Assembly: GCF_018977255.1 (NCBI RefSeq)
Contig: NW_024704743.1
Location: 28,584,001 to 28,648,000, forward strand
Direction of reading: 5' to 3'
DNA length: 64,000 nt
Source of the DNA: Callorhinchus milii
Lineage: Eukaryota
Shown in pieces: positions 39,572 to 50,200 of the stretch. The position numbers and the translations under genes were made by a program. The notes beneath the pieces are model-generated. The model made no database searches and was not told the DNA's origin. It saw only the letters and a list, made by a program, of their open reading frames with translations. Every line of letters starts with the position of its first letter. The first letter of the stretch is position 1.

Positions 39572-40565
39572 ATGGTAAAGGGCTGGACTCTCCACTAGGA
39601 AACTTGCTATAATTTCCTTTTCCATAATACTGAAACTTGCTACTTTGAAAATGTCAACAGCCTTGATGCCTTGTCTAAAGAGCATTGAGGGAAAGCAAAA
39701 CTATAATGCATATGTCCATCAGTCCTGAATTATATTCTTCATAAAGCTGCAAGCATTAACTTTTCTATACCCTTGCCTAGGGGAACCATATTTTGTAAAC
39801 AAAATCTAGGGTCACATATAAAAAAAATCGAACTATTTGGGGAAAAAAAACACCAGCACAAACTTGATGGGTTGTATGGTCCTTTTCTCTGTTGTCAAGT
39901 TGTATAGAGGGAATCTGAATATTACAAGTGTGACGTGAACACCACAAAAATATGATAGTAATTATAATCCTTGCATTTGATGTAGCACCTTACAACGTTG
40001 CTGAGGCGTCCCAGCACGCTTCACAGAATACATTGCAAAATGAATTGACTCTGTAGTTTTTTGGCGAAATGATGTGTCACAAACAAATGATACAATGGCA
40101 AATGACATCAGTGCATTACGTGATTACAAAGCAAAACAGAAACTGCTCTTTAACAATGGTGTATTTTGTTGGTTGCCCCTCTTGTCCTGTGACTGTGGTC
40201 TCTGTCATGTGGCTACTGACAGATATTGTGAGTCACTAATTTTGGCCACCCTTACTTTCTTAATGTAAACATTAAAAATTCCACTTATTTTTAAAGGTGC
40301 ATTCCTGGATGGTGGATTTACTGTAAACATGGATTTACTGTAAAGTCTAGTGACTGTGTAATTTGAAGGCGAACTCACAGCTCCTGTGGACTTGAAGCCA
40401 AATCTTCTAAGGATTATTTACTCTTAACCAAATGCACATAAAATATATAAGCAACCCACTTTACAATATCAAAACACAAAATACTGCAGATGCTGGAAAT
40501 CTGAAACAAAAAGAGAGCTGAGAAAACTCAGCAGGTCAGGCAGCATCTGTGGAGAAAGGAAAGTG

Positions 40566-40602
40566 AGTCAACGTTTCGGGTCCACGACCCTTCGTCAAAA
40601 CT
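40566..40602 (-). ncRNA. Degenerate hammerhead motif (C3 to U)
   Basis: Minus strand AGTT-TTGACGA-A-GGGTC GTG GACCC-GAAAC-GTT-GACT. Confidence 0.6.
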
Positions 40603-40750
40603 GGGGCAACTGGGTGGGTCCCTGGCAGATAGATAAGAAAGTTTTTAACTCACAGTCCCGTTCACAGTCTGACCTCTCCGTCCATGGTCTCCTACTCTGT
40701 TCCAATGATCCACAGCAAAAGCTTGAGGAACAGCATCTTATCTATATGTA

Positions 40751-41072
40751 GGAGTGCTTGTAGCTCAGTGGTTAGAGCACTCGCCTGGCAAGCGAGAGAC
40801 CTGGGTTCAATTCCATGCAGGTCAGTTGCATGGAAGTTTCAGGTAAGTTTCCTTACTCCACACAGAGCCTAATAATAATCCCTCCAAAACAAAACAATAA
40901 TAAGTTGGTCATTTTCAATCCACGACTGTTTGTGGGACACTGCTGTGCGCAATTGGCTGCCGCGTTTCGCCCACAAATATACAGTCAATTCACTTTACAG
41001 CATATTCTGAGAAGCGCTTTGAGATGTCGAGAAGACGTGAAAAGCGCTATATCAAATGCAAGGATTATTATA
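40751..41072 (+). mobile_element. tRNA-derived SINE inserted in a Penelope-like element
   Basis: Same family; interrupts the GIY-YIG tail. Confidence 0.9.
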
Positions 41073-41449
41073 ATTTTTTATTTATCTGCTAGGTACCCTA
41101 CAGCCCTCTGGCCTCAATATCGATTTCAGCCACTTTAGACCATAACAGCTCACCTTCCGCCCTCCCCCTCTTTCTGTTATCAGAAGAGTTATCTTCTGTT
41201 ATCATTACAATCATCATCCCAGACACTTTTTGTCTCTCTCTTGTGTGTTGCCTGTTCTGCACTATTAACACCTTTTCTCCCCAGTTTTGTTTCAACCCAC
41301 CCACACTTTTGTTTTACGCCACCATCATCTCTTTAACCCATCAACTAACACATTCTCTCCTTTGTCTTTTTTTTTGTCTTCTTTGTCGTCCTTGTCCTGC
41401 CTCCCCCTCTCAACTTGTCCTTAAAAATCTCTGCCTCCCAACATGCCCC

Positions 41450-41486
41450 AGTTCTGACGAAGGGTCATGAACCCGAAACATTGACT
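41450..41486 (+). ncRNA. Minimal hammerhead ribozyme motif (core intact, AACGTT decayed to AACATT)
   Basis: AGTT-CTGACGA-A-GGGT CATGA ACCC-GAAAC-ATT-GACT. Confidence 0.65.
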
Positions 41487-41600
41487 CACTTTCCTTTCTC
41501 CATAGATGCTGCCTGACCTGCTGAGTTTTCCCAGCTCTCGCTGTTTTTGTTCCACTTTACAAAATATTCTGTGATGCACTTTGAGACGTCTCAACAACGT

Positions 41601-41927
41601 GGAGTCCTGTAGCTCAGTGGTTAGAGCACTCGCTTTGCAAGCGAGAGACCTGAGTTCATTTCCAGGCAGAGGGCGAAACCTTGGGCAAGTTTCCTTACTC
41701 CACACAGAGCCTAATAATAATCCCTCCAAAACCAAAACAATAATAAATTGGTCATTTTCAATCTACGACTGTTTGTGGGACATTGCTGTGCGCAATTGGC
41801 TGCCGCGTTCGCCCACAAATATACAGTCAATTCACTTTACAGTGTGTTCTGTGAAGCGCTTTGGGACGTCCTCCCGACGTGAAAAGCGCTATATCAAATG
41901 CAAGGATTATTATTATTATTATTATTA
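41601..41927 (+). mobile_element. tRNA-derived SINE, full length, nested in an older SINE tail
   Basis: The older tail reads ...gacgtctcaacaacgt|insert|ataaggcactatatc. Confidence 0.9.
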
Positions 41928-41999
41928 TAAGGCACTATATCAAAATGCAAGAATTATAAATCAACAGAGCCCCTGGCAGCAGTGTCTGTATTTGTCCCA

Positions 42000-42358
42000 T
42001 AGCTTAGTGGTTAGAGCACTCGTCTCGCAAGCGAGAGGATCCGGGATCGATTCCTGAGCAGAGCGAAACCTTATGACATGTTTCCTTATTGCACAATCCT
42101 CTGCTTACCTGGCAGTAAGTAGGAACCCAGTTGTTAGTCAATTGGTGGATTGCTTTATGGGGGTAATAATAAAAAAATTGGTCACTCAATCCACAACTGT
42201 TTGTGGGACACTGCCGTGCGCAATTGGCTGCCGCGTTTCGCCCACAAAATACGCAGTCAATGCACTTTACGGTACATTCTGCGAAGCGCTTTGAAACGTC
42301 TCGACGACGTGATAAGGCGCTACATCGAATGCAAGGATTATCGTTATTATTATTATCA
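42000..42358 (+). mobile_element. tRNA-derived SINE (long-middle variant), CpG-enriched copy
   Basis: Same family, with the extra cagtaagtaggaacccagttgttagtc segment. Confidence 0.88.
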
Positions 42359-42681
42359 TAGATGGGAAGCTAAAGCGCTGGCACAAAATAATATGAATAA
42401 TAATAATCATCATCATCATCTTGCACTCTTGCCTTTCAAGTCGGGAGAACTTTCAAAGCGCTTCGCGGAACTGACTGCGGAGTGTAGTGACTGTGCCTTT
42501 TTTTTTCAGGCACACGGTTGTGCATTGCTCTGTGTCTCTACTGGCACTCTCTCCACAAACCCCCTCCCTCCTTCCTCACCCCCTCCCCACCCCCCCCTCC
42601 CCCACCCCCCCCCCCACCCCCCACCCCCCACCACACACTTTCCTCCCGCAGCATTGACTTTGCTCTGAGATGCCGATTGCC

Positions 42682-42920
42682 AGGAAAGGAAAGGAAAGGA
42701 AAGGAAAGGTGCAGTTACCTCTGCAAAGCGGAGGAAGGAGAGAGAGAGAGAGACACACACACACACACAGACACAGAGAGACAGAGACGCGCAGTCCTGG
42801 CGCAGCGCAGCGCTGCTGCAGATGGAGGTGATGGAGATGGAGGTGATGATGGAGGAGGAGGTGATGGAGGAGGAGGAGGAGGAGTAGGCGATGGAGATGG
42901 AGGTGATGGAGGTGGTGGTG
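42682..42920 (+). repeat. Simple repeats: (GGAAA)n, (AG)n/(AC)n and (GGA/GAT/GGT)n triplets in the putative 5'UTR
   Basis: Directly visible. Confidence 0.9.
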
Positions 42921-43136
42921 GACGTCAATCAGCCCCCGGGGGGCAGAGGCAGCCGAGTGGAAAATAATCATCAGCCAAAAAAACGACACCAAAACAAAAC
43001 AACACAACACACAGCACAACACAGCACAGCCCTCCCTCTCCCCTCCCTCTACCCCCTCCCCCCTCTCCCCCCCCCCTCACCCCTCCCTCCCCCTCTCCCC
43101 CCAAAAACAAAAACTCCCGACTGCGACATTGACGCA

Positions 43137-43175
43137 ATGGCACCGCAGAAAAGACCGAACGACGGAACGAATAAG
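43137..43175 (+). CDS. Probable first coding exon of an unidentified protein-coding gene (MAPQKRPNDGTNK)
   Basis: ATG in strong context (gcaATGG), 13 codons, then AAG|gtgagg phase-0 donor, located at the 3' end of the only CpG-rich island in the window. Gene identity not recognised. Confidence 0.6.
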
Positions 43176-43234
43176 GTGAGGAATTCCTTTAACTCGTAAA
43201 CATTTACTGGATTCGTCGAGAGCCGCGGAAAGGC

Positions 43235-43559
43235 GAGTGTGTGAGTGAGTGTGTGAGTGAGTGAGTGTGTGTGTGAGTGAGTGTGTGATGTGTGTGAGTG
43301 AGTGTGAGTGTGTGATGTGAGTGTGTGTGTGAGTGAGTGAGTGTGTGAGTGAGTGTGTGATGTGTGTGAGTGAGTGTGAGTGTGTGATGTGAGTGTGTGT
43401 GTGAGTGAGTGAGTGTGTGAGTGAGTGTGTGTGTGTGTGTGAGTGTGTGTGTGTGTGAGTGAGTGTGAGAGTGTGTGTGTGGTGTGTGAGTGAGTGTGTG
43501 TGTGTGAGTGTGAGTGAGTGAGTGTGAGTGAGTGTGTGGTGTGTGTGAGTGTGTGTGTG
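43235..43559 (+). repeat. Compound (GT)n/(GAGT)n microsatellite with a ~72-bp higher-order unit
   Basis: The minus-strand translation repeats THSHTHSLTHTLTSHTHTHSHTSH (24 codons). Confidence 0.9.
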
Positions 43560-44871
43560 CAAAAAAAATAAACCTGTGCTACCTGTTTGTGAGTATGTGC
43601 TGTTTGCTGCTGCTGTTGGGGTGAGGATGGATGGAGGGAGGGATGGAGGGAGGGAGTGGAATCATATGGTTGTTCCCAACTCAAGGCTTTCCTGCTGTTT
43701 GTTGCATAAAAATGTGTGTGTGAAGGGGAACCAGGAGTGGAGGGGTTGAGGGGTTGGGGGGGGGGTTGAAAGTGGAGATGTTTTATTTATTCTCAATCCC
43801 TTGCAGCCTCTGCAATTGTGACCCCCCATCCCCCCACAAAAAAAATAAAAATAACCTGCTGGTGCAAACACTTGTCAACAAGAGGTTTTGCTCTTAGAGA
43901 GAGAGAAAAAAAACAACCACCATCACCTCCCCCCTCCCCCACCCCAAAAAAAAATGTTTTTTTTAAAAAAGAAAATATCTTGTGTGTGTGTGTGTGTGTT
44001 ATCCCGTTTGTGAGTTTCTCTTCTGGGGGTGTTTGTGCTTCCAACTTCCCAACACCACACGTCTTCTTTTTTTTAAAAATAGTATTGGAAGAAAAGAGAT
44101 ATGTTAATCGTTGTATTGGTTCATCATAAAAGGCGTTATATCAAATGCAAGGATTGTTATTGCTGTTATTATTACATACAAGTGACATCTAAATGGAGCT
44201 GTGGTATTCTAATAGTTGTGAATCTTTACCTGTATTACTAGTGAACATGTGTATTTTAGAGTTACATCTCATTTGCTCCACACCCCCTCTCTCTCTCTCC
44301 CCCCCCTCGTCTCTTTATTAACACATTCGGTCAAGCGCACTGAAGGATGAAAATAATACTTCCTTTTTAGATCAGTGATTTAGGAGGGTTCCACAACACC
44401 AAACTCTAACGTGCTGCAAGACCTGATCTCTTGCACAGTGGAAGGTATTCTGCTGTAAATAACAACAATAGTACATGGCTGTTTGTGGGACCCTCTGCTT
44501 TTGATGTACAAAAACAGTCACTACGCTTGACTGTAATTCCTTGTAAAGCCTTTGAGATGTTTTGACATAAGACGCTACACAAATGCAAACCGTTTCTTTT
44601 TTCGAAGATGTTTATTTTCCAAATACGATATAAAAACATCAAAATCAACATCAGCCAAACTTGGGGGAGAGGCTAATTTCTAAGAGTGGAATCCTTTCAC
44701 ACTCAGCAGCTAAATATGTAAATATTTAGGTATAAGAAAACAGACAACATATACACAATGTTTTGCCCACAAAATATAGTGTCAATTCACTTTACAGTGT
44801 ATTCTGTGAAGCACTTTGAGATGTCTCGAAGACCTGATAAGGCGATATATCAAATGCAAGGATTATTATTA

Positions 44872-45760
44872 TAACAACAAAATGACATTTGTATAGCGCC
44901 TTTCACGTCAGGAGGACGTCCCAAGGTGCTGGACAGTCAATGTTTCAGACCGGAGCTGAGGGGCGGGATTGGGGAGGTTGGAGGGCAGTGGGAAAGGAGG
45001 GTGATCAAAGGCATGGTTGAAGAGGAGGGTCTTGAGATGGGTCTTGAAGGTGGCAAGGGAGAGGGAGAGTCGGAGAGACTGCGGGATGGAATTCCGGAGG
45101 GTGGGGCAGAGTGGCTGAAGGCCCACCAGCCAATGGTGGGGCAGGCGAGTCGGGGGACTTGAAGCAGTCCTGAGCGGAGGGAGAAGGCAGGTTGGTAGGG
45201 GGGGTAGGAGGTTGCAGAGGTAGGGGTGGGGGAGCAAGGCCATGGTGGGCTTTGAAGGTGAGGACCAGGATCTTGAACTGTATCCTCTGTGTGATGGGAA
45301 GTCAGTGGAGTCAGCCAAGAATGGAGGTGATAGGGTCACAGAGCCTGGTGCGGGAGAGGACGCGGGCTGCAGAGTTTTGGATGATCAGCAGTCTATGGAA
45401 GGAGGAGATGAGGAGGCTGACAAGCAGGGAGTTTGAATCGTGAAGTCTGGATGTTATGAATGCGTGTATGAGGGTTTCGACGGCCTGCGGTGTGAGACAG
45501 TGGCGGAGCCGGGCGATGTTGCGGAGGTGGGGGAAGCCAGAGCGGGTCATGGTGCGGATGTGGGGTAGAAAGGATAGTCGAGGGTCAAACAAGATGCCAA
45601 AGGTCCGGACTGGCTTAGCAAGGTGGAGTGTGCAACCATGGATGGTGATGCTGTCAGCGCCTGAGGTGTGGAGGCGCTGAAAGGAGCCAATCAGGAGGGT
45701 CTCGGTCTTGTTCAACTGTCGAACATTAGCTCTCATCCAGGACTTGATGTCTGACAGGTA
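44872..45760 (-). mobile_element. L2 LINE 3' part
   Basis: [27 protein letters not shown] and tail. Confidence 0.92.
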
Positions 45761-46016
45761 ACAATAACAACATGCATTTAAATTGTGCCTTTCATTGAGG
45801 ATAGCATCTCGGAGTGCTGCACAGTGCTGGGTTGGATGAGAAGGGGGAGCGGGAGGTGCAAATTAAATATAGACAAAGAGCGGGTGAAGTGGAGGGAAGT
45901 TGAATTGAGCAGAAACTGTAGATAGCAGATGAAATTTAATGCAGAAATGTGTAAGGTGATATATTTTGGGAAGAAAAATATGGAGAGAGGATACACGCTA
46001 AATGGTAACATTTTAA

Positions 46017-46585
46017 CAACACCAAACAACAAATTACCTTTGTATAGTGTCGTTCACATTGGGAGGCCATCTCAAAGCACTGGACAGTCAATGATGTGTA
46101 CCTTTGAACTGGGGCCTGGGATTAAGAGGGGTGGAGAGCAGGGAGAGTGGGGGTAGCAGGGTGACTGAAGGCGGTGTCAAAAAAGGTCTTGAGACAAGAC
46201 TTGAAGAAGGCAAGGGAGTGGGCGAGTTCTAGAGAGTGGGAACAGAAAGGTTGAAGGCCTGTCCGCCAGTGGTGGGATGGGTAGGGCGAGGGACGTGGAG
46301 CAGGCCTGAGTTTGCAGAGCAGAAGGAGCGGATAGGCCAGTATAGTGTTACAGAGTTGGGGAGGAGCAAGGCTGTGGAGGGCTTTGAAAGCGAGGTCAAG
46401 GCTTTGGAACTCGATCCTCTGGGTGATAGGGAGCCAGTGGAGCCGGGCGAGGATGGGGGTGATCGGTTCAGGATCTGCAGAGGACACAGGAGAGGACACG
46501 AGCTGCAGAGTTTCGAATAATTTGCAATTTGTGGGGGATGAGTTGGAAGACTGACGAGGGGGGAGTTAGCCTGCTCGAGCCTGGT
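46017..46585 (-). mobile_element. L2 LINE 3' fragment
   Basis: ITPILARLHWLPITQRIEF. Confidence 0.85.
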
Positions 46586-46751
46586 ACACAGGCACAATTT
46601 TTTTTTAAAGTTGGCAATTTGAAAAAAATTCTAGTTTTTATTAATAGGGGTAAAGAAGAAATGTAAAGAGATAATCGTTGCTTAGGATGCAATTAAGAGT
46701 ATTGTGTCTAGTTTGGGGCTACTTACTTTACAACGACAATTTGCATTTGTG

Positions 46752-47281
46752 CAACTCCTCCCTCCAGAGGCTGCAGATAATCCAGAACTCTGCAGCCCGT
46801 ATCCTCTCCTGCACCAAACTCCGTGACCCCATGTCCCCCATTCTCGTCCGACTCCATTGGCTCCCTATCCTTCAGAGGATCCAGTTCAAGATCTTGGTCC
46901 TCACCTACAACGCCCTCCATGACCTCGCCCCACCCTACCTCTGCGACCTCCTAACCCCCTACCAACCTGCTCGCTCCCTCTGCTCAGCCGGCTCTAGCCT
47001 GCTCCACATCCCCCGACCCATCAGCCCCACCATTGGCAGGAGAGCCATCAGCTACTCTGTCCCCAACCTCTGGAATTCCATCCCCCAGTCACTCCACCTC
47101 GCCCCCTCCTTAGCCTCCTTCAAGTCCCGCCTCAAGACCCTCCTCTTCAACCATGCCATCGGCCACCACCCTTCCTCTCCCTGACCCCAGCTCGGGTCTG
47201 AAATGCTGTACACTGTCCAGTGCCTTGGGACATCCTCCCGACGTGAAAGGCGCTAAACAAATGTAATCTTGTTGTTGTTGT
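46752..47281 (+). mobile_element. L2 LINE 3' fragment
   Basis: [25 protein letters not shown] and tail. Confidence 0.92.
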
Positions 47282-50200
47282 TTATGTAGTTTAATATTTT
47301 GGAGTGCTTAACAGAGACACTCATCCTTTAGGAGGGCCATGGAGAGTGTGCAGAGATGGTTGTCCATGATGAAGATACCATGTAAGAGAGGCTTTATTTC
47401 TGAGGAGAGTCTAGAGAAACTGGAACTGTTTTTTCTAGAACCATAATAGCTTTTAAGAGCTTTTAAGATGCATGTGAAACAGAAAAATATGAAAGGGTGT
47501 AGGAGCAGAGAAATGGGCCTAAATGGATTGCTCTTTCAGAAAGCCAGGACAGACAAATGGACTGAATGGTCTTCCTCTGTGTTGTTAGATACGATGATCA
47601 CTGGATGGACATTATGAAATAATATGCCATAACCTCCCTCCCCCTCAGAGCTTCAGGGCAACACTTTCCTTAAATATATTAACTAAAGTTGGGACCTCAC
47701 TCACCATTCTGGACTGTCTGGCATGAACATGTGTGGACCACTTCATGGTGCAGCACTTCCATAATGCGACCAGCCCATGCCAGCCTAATAGGGATAAGGA
47801 CTACTGTTTATTCTATGTCCCTGGAGTGCATAATTAGGGTAGAAAATTTGAGATCCAAATTCCATCTAGATTTAGCCTATAAGATCATTTTGTCTTAAAA
47901 TTTAAGATTCTTAACTTCAACCTTAATTTGGAAGTCAGTTTCCTGTAGTTCTTAAATTCATTCTTAATTTAGAAGTATTTTAAGAATTTTCCACAATTCT
48001 GTGCCATTTTGCATTTTAGGGCAAAAAGGTGTTACAGGCTTACACCAGGTGGAATATCAGTACTTTTATACATTAAATTAAAAAAATTCCTGTGATGTGA
48101 TCAGCAGCCATATTCAACTTGTCCTGGAGACATTTAATGATCTCATGTCAGTCATTGTTTTATGTCAGACATCTTTTATATTTCTTGCCAAATCTCCTTC
48201 CCAGCATGAGTCTCTAGACAGTTATTAGGAACAGGAATCCTGACTGATTTATCCCTTCTTATTCGAGGACCACTGCTGGCTATTGTAACGACATGCTTAG
48301 CGCAGACCATAGACACATAGAAATCTATCGCGCAGAAGGAGGTAATTCAGCCCATCAATTCTGCACCAGTTTATGGAACAAGGCGAGCAATTCCTTCCCA
48401 CAGTCCTGCCTTATCTCCATACTCCTTCAAGGTTCTCTCTTTAATATGGCTAAACTCGGGATGGGACGCAGGGCCTTTTTGATTGCTATGACTATTTATC
48501 AACTGAGCCATTGAAATTTTATATATGCTGCAGTTTTGTGTATTTCGCGAATGGTTGAGATTGACTCCTGTAGTATGTCCAATCCATCAGGTGATATGAC
48601 AGAAGAAAAGTTCTAGTTGATTTTTAATCCTCAGGTAACGTGTTCTCAGACCCGTCTTATTCATTGTCTCTTGGATCAATGTATGAGGGTATATATTCTA
48701 GATTAGACAATTCAATTATTGGACCCGAGTCCAATTTTGGGTTTAAACTCATTACATTGCTTCAAAACAATGCGTCATCTGTTTGTGAGACCTTGCTGTG
48801 GTTAAATGGCAGCCGCATTTGCCTACACAATATTCACTGCACTTGACAGTACTTATCTGTGAAGTGCTTTGAGAAGATTTGATGTGATTATAAAAATTCA
48901 AATGGATAAAACTGCAATCATACCTTGCCAGTTAGATTGCACGGTAACTTGTGGTATTGTGATTCTCGACATCTATAGGATCAGAGATTGCTGCATCCTA
49001 AAAAGGGGAAGTTGCCTTAGGAGTGTGTTTTGCATCTAACCACTTGAGTTTTGAATTTCCTGTTTACTATGCAGATGCAAACACGTTTTTCAACAATACA
49101 GTTACAGCAAATCATTTGATACTTTACATTTTTATTGTTTACCTTTTTCAATTGTGTGAAGGATTTTTTAAAAAAAAGTTTGCAGTGCATTAAACAATGA
49201 ATAAATTTACATTATACAGGGAATAGAAAATATGGGCTTTATTTTAATATCATCTGTAATACCATTTTCTCAAATATTTCCTAGAGAAATATCATGAATT
49301 CCACCAGGCCTTACTTGAAACTCTCAAATTAATTGTGTGAAAGAAATGTCTCCATCTTACTCCTTGATGATATTGCTCTGACACACGGACTTTACAGTAA
49401 AATTCTGCGAAGTACTCAGAGGCATTTCGTTGGCACAATAAGGCACTACACCGAATGCAAGAATTATTATTTAGCTCATGACCTTTATCTGTTTTTTGGT
49501 GAACTTGTTTTATACTCTCTAAACAAACCCCTCTTTTGTATACAGCAACAGCAGCAACAGTAACAAATTACATTTGTATAGCACCTTTCACATTAAGAGG
49601 ACGTCCCAAGGCGCTGGACAGTCAGGAATCCGCACCCGAGCTGGTGGTTGGGATCAGGAGACCAATACTAAAGCATTATTCATAAATGTAAACATAATCA
49701 CTGAACAAGATGTACATAAGGTATTACAAGTTACAATGAGCAAGATATTAGTATTCTTGTAGATTACCATAGGACTCAAGGTTTCCTTTTAGAAAAAGAA
49801 ATGTAGCTCGTGAGTCCCAGCGGTTTATATTTTGGGGAAAAAAAACTAAATGTCATGGTTTTTGATGTTACATTGACTTATTTCCCTTACTTCAGTTGAC
49901 TTTTAAACATTCATGCAACATGTAGTCTCTACTTTTGAGGCTGTTCTATGCCAAGTGCTGTAGCGTTTCTGCCCTGTGATAGGGTTCCATGACAGTCACT
50001 GAGTACAGTGTGTAGGCAGGTTGGTGGGTTTGCATGTTATCGAGTGCTAGCATATACCTTTGACATTTTCACATTGAACCGTAACTAGTGTACTTTTGGA
50101 GACCCTGATATTCCTGCAAAGGTTAAATTGTAACTTTTAGAAAAATGTGAAAATGTCAGCAGAATCTTTAGTTCAGATTCAGTTTTGGCTTCAAAACAAA

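Larger units (their letters stand above)
40470..41551 (+). mobile_element. Penelope-like element remnant with inverted terminal segment, internal SINE insertion and ~11-bp TSD
   Basis: Same termini as the 9280 copy. The GIY-YIG tail (HGLLLCSNDPQQKLEEQHLI / GTLQPSGLN) is split by a SINE. ccactttacaa at 40456-40466 and 41552-41562. Confidence 0.85.
42450..43235 (+). promoter_or_regulatory. GC/CpG-rich promoter and 5'UTR region
   Basis: Local CpG clustering (gacgcgcagtcctggcgcagcgcagcgctg, gacgtca CRE-like site, cgtcgagagccgcgg), C-rich tracts and simple repeats in an otherwise CpG-poor window. Confidence 0.7.

Noticed and set aside
42506..43022. Gly/Pro/His/Ser-rich ORFs on both strands
   Set aside because: Low-complexity repeats in the island that lack stops by composition.
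43049..43684. His/Thr/Ser-rich 211-aa and 161-aa ORFs
   Set aside because: Antisense translations of the GT/GAGT microsatellite.
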